Assembly: GCA_051362555.1 (NCBI GenBank)
Contig: CM120647.1
Coordinates: 8,680,001 to 8,744,000, forward strand
Origin: Lingula anatina
Lineage: Eukaryota > Animalia > Brachiopoda
Reading direction: 5' to 3'
Length of the DNA stretch: 64,000 nt
The translations under genes were made by a program, and so were the position numbers. Position 1 is the stretch's first letter, and the number at the start of each line of letters is the position of its first letter. Positions 1 through 9,097 of this stretch are shown piece after piece. Below the pieces are notes generated by a model. The model was given only the letters and a program-made list of their open reading frames with translations, was not told the DNA's origin and searched no databases.

Positions 1-695
1 ATGTGTAAAAGGTGAGGTTAAAAACAGAAGTAGAACTATGAAAAAACTCTGTAGTGAATAAAGCACAAATCAAGAAGCTTTTAAGCAGAGTAGAGGAGAT
101 AATCCTCTCTTCCGTGTTCTGTAAAGCTTAGTCATGAGTGCTTTATCTGATTTAAGCCATGATTTGAACAGAAACAATAGGCCGCATCCTGCTTAATTCC
201 TGGATTTGTGCATGTCATGACTGCTCAAAATAGATTGCGATGCAGCCTGTTGTTTCTACTCAAATTGTGTTAGAAACACATTTGTATAACATAAATAACA
301 TAGATAGGTCCTAAAGATTAAGACTGTGCATTACTAATGCAAGTCATACTACTGTGTGTCGTATTATTATCAAAATTAATAACTATACTGGGTTAAATAA
401 ATATTTTTGTCCTTCCTTGATTTATCCAAATGTATGGATGTAAACCTATCAGCTGCTTACTTTTCAAATTAGAAAGATAAGAGTCAGTGAAACTTTGCAA
501 TAAAATTAGTAATTGCATTACATTTTAGTAAGATATAATGTGAATTTTTTTTAAGGATGTTTTTGAAATATGTTTGGTTTTGATTAAAAAATATCAAAAT
601 TGGAGGATAGTAGATTTTACTCTTTTTGAAGCATTTCTCTGCCCCACGCCTAGAAAATGAACTACAGTAACGCCATCTGTTGGTTCTATTTCCAG

Positions 696-896
696 CGCTA
701 CATGGTCTGCGACTCTGACGGGGACATGAACCTCTTCAATTTAATTGAACGCATGCTGGAATACGACCCATCGTCCAGAATCACACTCAAGGAGGCGCTG
801 GAGCACCCGTTCTTTTCGACGCTTCCTGATTCTCAGAAGCTTCCAATGGAGTCAAAAAACGAGGATCGTGAGCGCTCACATAGTCTGAGTAGATAG
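696..896 (+). CDS. CLK2: Terminal coding exon of a CLK/Doa (LAMMER) dual-specificity kinase; upstream exons lie outside the window
   Basis: Acceptor ctatttccAG at 694-695, then [40 protein letters not shown] (kinase subdomain XI, CLK-type). The C-terminus RERSHSLSR* resembles Doa/CLK. The paralog number is uncertain. Confidence 0.88.
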   Translation, partial: RYMVCDSDGDMNLFNLIERMLEYDPSSRITLKEALEHPFFSTLPDSQKLPMESKNEDRERSHSLSR

Positions 897-3645
897 CCGA
901 CCTTTGACCTCAGAAATTGTGTTAGGTGTGATATTGAGACAATTTGAGGGTCGCAGCAGATCATTGTCTTAGGAGAGAGAGATACAAAAATTGATACTTC
1001 AGATAAAATCTTTTTTTTTTTTTTTTTTTATGCTCAAAGTGGAACTTTTTTTTTCAATCTATAAACATCACAGCCCCTGCCAGTGCCAGTAAAGAATTCT
1101 ACCACCCTCATTGTATACTCGAGTTCACATAAGAAACTTCACACTCATACTGTTGATCCACATATTTTCTGCCTCCTGGCTTTCAATTTCTGACACATGA
1201 TTAATTTCACCCTCTGTCTTTTGGCATGTCTTCCTTGACTGTGTATTAATTATGACTATATCCATATTCCATTTTGTATTAAGTAACCAAAATAAAACAA
1301 AATAAATGTATAAAAATGACCTCTTGGATATATTGTCTCACATTTACTGCTGCCCTCTTTTGGTGCACAGTTTGGTGCTATTAGTTTTATGAAAAAACTT
1401 CACATGAAATGCATATATTAACCGTATTAAATGCATAAGGAAGACTAGTCAAACCCATTACTGTGATAGTAATATTTTAAGTATAATTTTAATTCAACAG
1501 TTGAGGGGTGTGGATTTTTCTCCAGTTTGCAGGCACTGGCAGGTAAAGATAGTATTTTAAAAAGAAAATTTGAAACCCAAAATTGGCATCAAAAAGATTG
1601 AACATGTTTTTCAATGTGTTAAAAAATTAATTTGAAAAAAATTTGGTTTCAGAACTCATAAAAACAAATTTATTCTGGCTTCTCCAAAATGTCAGTTTTA
1701 TTTTTAGTTTATACTTTTGTAAAAAAAAATCTCCTTTTTTTGCGACCGAGATGAATAGACGAAAAAGTGACAACTACCAAAGGAAAAATGACAATAGCTA
1801 TGCTACGAAACACCATGTCAGCGCTCACAGAAATCCTCATGTAACCATTGTAAATTAAAGTATTGGTGATAACTCATATAAACTATTATCATAATTATAT
1901 TGAATTTTTGTAACCAGTTGAACGTTGTGTTGCTAGGAGACATGTATTAACAAACCAAGGGACACATTGCAATACGAGACGAGAGGAAACTTAAGAGGAG
2001 AAAAATATATATATATACATACACATATTCTACAGGCGCTGTATTTGTTTTACCTTTATCCTAAATTCAACAGCAGGCTATCACCCAAGGCAAATTCAGA
2101 CCAGTTTTAAATTTAAACCTTATCGAGTGTTCAATGCATCACCATCTGCTGTGGTTGAATTATTCCATGGTACCTCTGAGTAAAATGGTCAAAAGTCTCT
2201 TCTGGGACAGTCTTTTGTTGAACATCTGAACAGAGGTCTATATCCATGGTATGGTGATGCACATCTCTGGTGGTGGTGGTGCTTTATGCCAGAGTAGGTT
2301 TAATTTGGAACTGGTGTGAGTCTACCCAGAGTTACCAGCAGACAGTTCTCAAAATGTGATCTTTTGTGCAACATCCTATGAACAGAAAGTTACTTAAAGG
2401 AGTCTGTCAAAATAATACAAAAAAACAGGCCACCTGTTGATGCATTTCCTTATCCCAGCCCCAGAAAATTAACTACACCAATGACATCTGTTGGCAGCTT
2501 TGCACACCAAAGCTGTATCTTATTGAATGAATTTGGTGTAGTTTTGGTGAGGAATTTTTTTTCCTTATAGATCTGTAAAAATATTGGACACCTTAACTGC
2601 ATTTATAAGTAGTTCAGAATTATTTAAAAGGTGTGACATATCACTTCCCAACTCTTTAGTTCATTATTTGTATTGTCTGAATTAGAATTTTTTTAAGACG
2701 AAGAAAAATCACATAATCATTGTACTTTTCCCTAGACATGAGGAAAAGCAAAAATTGCTTACTTAGTTTTAAGATAGAATTTATGTTGAATGCTTTTCTC
2801 TAGTCTGAAAAAGAAACTGTGTATTGTTTTTTTTTTATGCACAGCTATGTGGTTATTGTAGTCAAGTGGACCTAAATGAAATGCTCCATTTATTATTAAA
2901 TTAAGTAATTATATATTGAACAAACAATTATTTACTCCAAATAAAACTTAAATGATGTTCTTAGTAGTTTTAAAGGTCTAAAACTACAGCAGTGGCATGT
3001 ATTCATAAAAAACAGTCCCATAATCTTCTTGTTTATAGAATGTACTGTAATGGAATTAAGTTATTATTTAAAGGTTGCAAGTTTTAGTCCATGTGTTTTC
3101 TGTATATAGTCTGTATTAGAGCAGTGCTGCCGTAGTCGAATATCGATCTAGGTTTGCTTCTTATGGAATGCAACTAGTGCTTTGAGATATTTTAAGCACC
3201 ATTTAATATAAATCCTGTGAATAGAATGGTGCTAAAACCCACCAAGCTCACTTATAAAGCTATCATTATGTTGAATATGGCTGCTGGATTTTCCTTTTGT
3301 AGTTGTGGACAAGTTGTAGGTGGCGACACCAGTCATGTTTTCCATCACTGGTAGATGGCAGCACCAACTGGTGATCTACACTCTTTGTAGATGGCAGCAC
3401 CACTACTGGTAGACTGAGACTACGTGTAGATGGCAGCACCAGCTTGGTTCACCCTTTCTGTAGATGGCAGTACCACCAGGCTGCTCCCACTATGTGTAGA
3501 TGGCAGCACCAGTTGGTTGCTTTCACTATTTGTAGGTGGCAGCACCAGCTGGCCAATCCCACTGGTGGTAGCCCATCTAGTTTTGTACATGTGTATGTTG
3601 TGTTCCTAAAATGAATACAATAAATTTTATTTCATGAAAGTTAAT
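897..3645 (+). other. Probable long 3' UTR of the CLK gene, with poly(A) signal AATAAA at 3619-3624
   Basis: T-rich, repeat-poor, non-coding sequence after the stop; AATAAA followed by U-rich sequence. The end point is inferred. Confidence 0.55.
3316..3547 (+). repeat. Array of 7 conserved 16-bp cores GTAGRTGGCAGCACCA with divergent 18-23 bp spacers (CTCF-like motif array)
   Basis: Cores start at 3316, 3351, 3387, 3426, 3460, 3496 and 3532 (period 34-39 bp). Confidence 0.9.
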
Positions 3646-4308
3646 CACATTTTTATGTTATTTCATAAAATTATTGAGTTAATTGCAGAATTATTTGTGA
3701 AGTTGTGCAAGTTCTGGCCTACAATAATCTTAACAGTCCTAGAGAGTTTAATGATCATATAAATTACTACTTCTTGTTACTTATATGACAAAGTCAACGT
3801 GTCATAGAATACTATAAATCTCTCCATCAAAAATGCTTTAAAAGTACAGCGTCAAATACTGGTCATGCATTTGACCTATTTATCTGTCTCACCAGTTCGT
3901 GAAAATACGCCGATTACTGCTGCATGTCCATTACTAATATGCATAAAATATGTCTGAAACTATGCAAATGGGAGTGGATGAAAAGAGGGTCATATATAGC
4001 ACAGAAAAAAATCTGTTCAAATGCCATTTTTGGTAAATACTAGACGATAACTTTTGTGCTTTCTTCAAATTATATTATTTGAAACATATGGTGGTATTTG
4101 ACCGAGTTTTTTGGCAATGATATGACTTGTCAACTCGTTTCAAATGTATCTCTAAATATTGAAAACGAAAAGCTCTTCGGTGTGATTTGGATACTCGTAT
4201 AAGTGTGTTGTATAACATATAAAGTAAAATACAATCAAAATAATTATTCTTATACATATACAACGCACACGTACAATATATATCTTTCAAAAAAGCCTGA
4301 TGGTAACG

Positions 4309-4448
4309 TACCCTCTACTAGGGCCACAGTTATTATTTTGTGGACATTTTTTGCTGAAGCACAGTGCAGAGAATAGCCATCTATTTAAAACAGAGACATA
4401 TCTGTTAATATCTAATGAAAAATCTATCTGTGGCCCTGGTAGAGGGTA
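4309..4448. mobile_element. Tc1/mariner-type MITE (TA-flanked, ~19-bp TIR)
   Basis: TACCCTCTACTAGGGCCACAG ... CTGTGGCCCTGGTAGAGGGTA; a related copy is at 56581-56780. Confidence 0.75.
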
Positions 4449-5899
4449 ATGGTAACGTACGTTGTGGAGTGGGTGAATTCGAATCTTGTCTTCTCTAACA
4501 CAATCCTGCGCCACCCTTTTTGTACGATTCTTTCTTTCAAGTTATATGGGATTGATTGCTAGGAACAGTCAGATCTTTTTATATAGCAAATATAATTGTT
4601 GATAAATTTTTGATGATGATTTCAAACAATAATGATTTCAAACAACCCAGTTCAGGGATGGGGGGTTCATTATGCCTTATCATGAAATCAAGGAGTTAAC
4701 TCCTTGATGAAATAAAGACCAAATTCAAATAAACCGAAGCTTCCGCGCGAAAAGTGGGTTACCTGTATTGTGCCATTATGTAAATCAGGTGAGCATTTTG
4801 GTGAGCGGTGTTCAGATAGAACCAAGGTCAGTAGAAGATGGAGAGGAAAGAAACCTCATGCCACGTTGCATCGATTCCCACGCGTAAGAAGAAAATAAGG
4901 CGCTGAAAAACGACAGCAGTCTGTGGTAAGCACTGTATAGACGACGTAAAGACTACACAGCAGTTTTTTGTGGGCGATGTTTGCCCAAAATGTCGCATTT
5001 TGCACTTAAGGTATAATGAACACGGAGACATTTTACTGACCTGAACCATACTTTCTCTTAAAAGTCCAGAATCAGTTTAAATATTAGTTAATTAATTCAT
5101 TTTTTTGTTATTTTTTTTAGAGGGAACGCATTTTCCAATAAAAAGTAAATGTCTACCTTCAGCTTTCCATTATCTACACGAGAGATCCGTCTTACACTAG
5201 GCAGGTATACATGTACGTATCCACACCTTTCATTACCATTCACATCTCAAAGTTATGTTTTGCCCATCCTTTTTATTCTTGAGAACATTGGTTTATCATT
5301 TTAAGTATCAAAATACACGATTGTTAAAATGGTTGTATACAGATTTCTCACCTTACACAAATGTTTCTCTGCCTAGATTAATGTATTATTTATAGTTGAT
5401 CAACTTAGTTTGTTAATATAATGCCGTGTATTCTGAAATGGGTTGCTACATACGATTTTATATACTGTTTCTCAAACTGTAAGACATTTTTTTAAATGTA
5501 AATTTCTTTGTTTGATTTCAGTAACAGTTACCCACCTTTTATGATGAGACCAGAGGAGACTTGCATCAACGACATCAGATTCGTGTTGGACAGTGCCCGC
5601 ACCCGTATCAAGCTAAAAAGATTGTTTCGTTTGTCGAAGTTGGTTTTCTCTTTTAAATTTGCAGGATCAATATTTAATATGGAATTGGTTGTTATATTCT
5701 GCACTGTATGAAAGGGAAATTTGTACGCTACTAGCATTTTATTCATGAAAGTCGTGATAAGAAAAGTAAAAATAAAAAACATTAGGTCTTTACTGAACGT
5801 CAACTCTGCATGCCCCTGGTTTACTGCTTAACACGTGCTATAAAGCCATGACAGTACACGTAGGATTGATCTTTGAAAAACAGCTTTAGTTGGAAAACC

Positions 5900-6560
5900 A
5901 GCCTAATTGTATTCTTTTTCTAAAAAATATGCAGTTTTTAAAAGAACTGTTAATTTTTCTCATATTGGCATTTTCAAATTGTGACTTTGAAGTCCTTTGC
6001 TAGTCACACTTCCTAAATATCCATGATATTTATAATGTATTATTAAAATTGATGGTGATTATGTTGTTAAGCATTATGCCAAATTGCATCAAAATTGATT
6101 AAAAAAAACTATCTTGTGTACTGCCACTACAAATGCTCTAAAAGGAAAACTGTGTTGCTTATTTTGTAGTTTTCAAAAATTACTAATATACAGCTCAAAT
6201 TGGCAAACCAGCTTGGTTGCATTATTTTTCTTTTTTGTAGTGTGTACATTTGACAGCTTTGCCGCCTTGTTGATTTATTTATTTTGAAATTGTGCAACTT
6301 TTCATGAAAGTTAATTTTTCACATATCATTTTTAAGATTCAACTCTGAACTAGCTACATGTGCCTAACATCTGTGTTTCCTGTTGTGCATAAATAAAATT
6401 TGTAGTTGACTTTTCTGTTAAGCATAATGTTTTATTGCATCAAAATTAGCACAATAACCCTTGTTTATGCATCATTATCTGCTTTTTTCAGTCCATTTGA
6501 CAGCTTTACTGCCTTGTTTATTTTTGATATTCTTATTGAAAATTGTCCAAAACAACAGTT
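5900..6560 (+). repeat. Dispersed AT-rich repeat family; inverted copies occur in ADCY3 intron 11
   Basis: CATATTGGCATTTTCAAATTGTGACTTTGAAG (from 5961) and CATTTGACAGCTTTRCYGCCTTGTT (~6247, ~6494) match reverse complements at ~26015-26046 and 25550-25580. Confidence 0.7.
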
Positions 6561-6612
6561 CTGGTGGCAACTCTTTTCAGCTGGTAGTCGAATCTAGGAG
6601 TTTTTTTTCTGC

Positions 6613-7180
6613 TTAGCCATCAATTGGTCCTTCCTCACAGAAGGAATTCCCTGGCCTGATGGTGAACATTCTCTTGCTCTTGCCGTATGGGTAGTAATTG
6701 CAGACCAGACCAGGGGCACAGCCACAGTAGGCAATCCATTGTCTGTGACAGGAGGCCCCTTTTTGAATATAGGCCTCACATCTGCCCTCTGGAATATTAT
6801 TATTATTATTATTATTATTCCTTTATCGATGTTCTGGCGTTGTGTTAGGGAACGTTCCCAGAACCCATTGTACCAGATGGATCGATCTAACTCTAAACTC
6901 TAAAACTAAACTTTTAGCGGACTTAACTTAGCCCAAGAACCTTAGAACTTTTGTGAAACAAGACCCTGAATGATACTACAAGTATTTTAAATACACCACC
7001 TCGTTTAGACAGGAAAGGCAGGTCAGGTAGAACCCTCTTGCTGACTATGTGGTATCTATACTCTGGTACACAGCATTCACCATCATTACAGTCATCATTG
7101 GTTTTGCAGTCACGAATAGTTACCGCACCCTACAAATGTATAACCGTATTTTTTTTTAGTCTGAACCCTTGACTATGCAC

Positions 7181-7223
<43 letters not shown>

Positions 7224-7391
7224 TGAAATATATGACTTCATGCAAGTGATTTTCCTTGTATTCATTTATTTTATTTATTTATTTATTTATTTGTTTGTTT
7301 ATTTATATGGTAAAAATAAATAAACGATATATATATATATACTCACAAAAGCAGCGGCTACTACAGCCAGAAAAAACAGCAACGTCTTCAT
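6613..7391 (-). CDS. Secreted prokineticin/AVIT (MIT1/astakine, colipase-fold)-like cysteine-rich peptide, 3 exons, ~116 aa
   Basis: Exons 7391-7347 (MKTLLFFLAVVAAAF|gtgagt), 7129-7000 (GAVTIRDCKTNDDCNDGECCVPEYRYHIVSKRVLPDLPFLSKR) and 6788-6613 (EGRCEAYIQKGASCHRQWIAYCGCAPGLVCNYYPYGKSKRMFTIRPGNSFCEEGPIDG*). Introns are GT-AG with compatible phases. It has a signal peptide and 10 Cys spaced C-x5-C-x4-CC...C-x9-C...CxC-x5-C...C. AATAAA lies on the minus strand at 6517-6522. The exon 2 donor may instead end the exon at 6997. Confidence 0.85.
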
Positions 7392-8705
7392 CTTGCCTTG
7401 TGAACAGTCAATATGTTTTATTGCGTGACGTAGATTAAGATTTAGTTCAGTATTCAGTAAATAAGTGTATGTGGGCTGTGTGTCCTGAACAGGTGTCACT
7501 GGGATGGGTCTACGGTGAAAACTTGGGAATTCCGTCCCATAAAAATTATTTAATATTTAAAAATGTGCGAGTCCGACACGGCCATATTGGTAGAAAAAGT
7601 TTTCAAAATTTTGGAGGGGCCCGTTTTCAAGTTTGAATAAATTTTCAAAGTGAAAGAATTAACATCTGCAGGGAATCGTTTTCTGACAAAAAATTTGCAA
7701 GTTTTTATCGTATAATGTTTACGATACTGTGACCTGTTTTGGTTTTAAAGTAGGGAGATTGATGCCAGTGTATGCTAAATATAATATGTGTAAAGGTTTT
7801 AGAATACATAAATGGTTCAACTATTTGTTTTAATTTAGTACTGGCGTGGAAGATGCAACAACGTCAGCTTTATGGATTGTTTGACAGTATCCAGGTAGAC
7901 AGATTTAGAAACGTAATTCATGTAAATATGACTTCAGTGGGTGACTTACCTACTAAGCGACATGCTTAGCTAATATCCCAATATAAAAAAATATCATCAG
8001 AATTTGATCTAGCATGTTTGAGAAAGTTTGATAGGAAATGACGGGAAATATATAGACATTATCCGAGCATAACAAGAAAAACTGTACATTGGAGTGAATG
8101 GACACAAATACCGGGAAATACTTTAAGAATTGCAGTAAATCTATTCTTTAAAAAACAAAATATTTTTAAAAGTTCTAGTATTTTCCAAAATTGGGTCAGG
8201 GAAATTCACAGCATTTCCCCCCACACTTTGTTTGACCATTTTCAGAAAATTTTTTAATATTTGTTTTTTTTATCTGACAAAATCATAGCATTTTTGTTTG
8301 TTTACTAAATCTTTAAATTTCCCGTTATTTCGGAACATTTTCTGCTGTTGCATATTTGATAAAATCACGTTATTTCTGACTATTTTGTATACTGATTTCA
8401 GATTATTATTGATTTTATGTTCTGGATAGTTCTTTGTCATCGTTACACATCGCACTTTTTAATTAAAAGGATAAGTCTTTTGATCAGCAATTTTCAAAAT
8501 GCACAGAATCTCCGACTTGTTTTATTTTGTGTATTGAAGCTTGATTTATATTTTAGAATACGATGTTGTTGTGGAAATTGCTATTTATGTAGAGCAAAAT
8601 GGAAATTTCGCTTAAAAAATTCGAGATATATTTATTTGTAATCTTTTGTTCAGTAATAAACGCATATATATATGTCTTTATTCAAAAAGTATGATTATTT
8701 TCTTC

Positions 8706-8790
8706 AGTTCGACTCGATCCTTGGAGCTTCTGCTTCCATCCCATTTGGTTTCCTGCCTTCCGTCTTACCTACTGAGCTATCCGCTCAGCT
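8706..8790 (-). pseudogene. Third degenerate tRNA-like head
   Basis: GAGCGGATAGCTCAGTAGGTAAGACG is a good A-box/D-arm; a degenerate B-box GGATCGAGTC follows downstream. Confidence 0.4.
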
Positions 8791-8876
8791 CGTTTTAGTC
8801 CCTTTGCAAGGTCCTCTTGTGTCAATTCAAAGTTCTTATTTGAATTTTTTTTGCAAAAGGTAATTTGCTGGGACCT

Positions 8877-8949
8877 AGAACCGCCAGGATTCGAACCCAC
8901 GACTTTCTGTCTCGGAGGCAAGCGTGCTATCCACTCCCCTAAGTGTTCC
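8877..8949 (-). pseudogene. tRNA-derived sequence (pseudo-tRNA or SINE head; CCG in the anticodon position, Arg-like)
   Basis: GGAACACTTAGGGGAGTGGATAGCACGCTTGCCTCCGAGACAGAAAGTCGTGGGTTCGAATCCTGGCGGTTCT has A-box-like and perfect B-box sequences at tRNA spacing, but the stems are mismatched. Confidence 0.65.
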
Positions 8950-9039
8950 CACCCACCCTCCTCTGGTAGACTTTCTTCTTATACTAACCAAATGGAAAAT
9001 TCTACAAGTCCCCCTGCTCAAGCATTCGGTAATTTCAAA

Positions 9040-9097
9040 GTACCCAAGCCAGGAATCGAACCTCGGCTTTATTTCCACTGTACCATTCAACCGTCAT
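9040..9097 (-). pseudogene. Second degenerate tRNA-like head
   Basis: TGACGGTTGAATGGTACAGTGG...GCCGAGGTTCGATTCCTGGC contains a B-box with a T-arm-like stem; the anticodon arm is missing. Confidence 0.45.

Noticed and set aside
657-695. N-terminus [13 protein letters not shown] of the 79-aa ORF
   Set aside because: It is intronic; the exon begins after the AG at 694-695.
3316-3547. CRISPR array
   Set aside because: The context is a eukaryotic 3' UTR with no cas genes. The repeat (16 bp) and spacers (~20 bp) are too short, and the spacers retain mutual similarity (TGG, CACT), indicating a tandem-duplication origin.
4990-5052. Intronic C/D-box snoRNA (CTGA motifs)
   Set aside because: There is no canonical RUGAUGA box C and no recognisable rRNA guide.
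6594-6779. 61-aa ORF MRPIFKKGPP...
   Set aside because: Wrong frame; the Cys-rich exon 3 of the prokineticin-like gene uses another frame.
8877-8949. Functional tRNA-Arg(CCG) gene
   Set aside because: The acceptor, D, anticodon and T stems all contain mismatches, so it is kept only as tRNA-derived.
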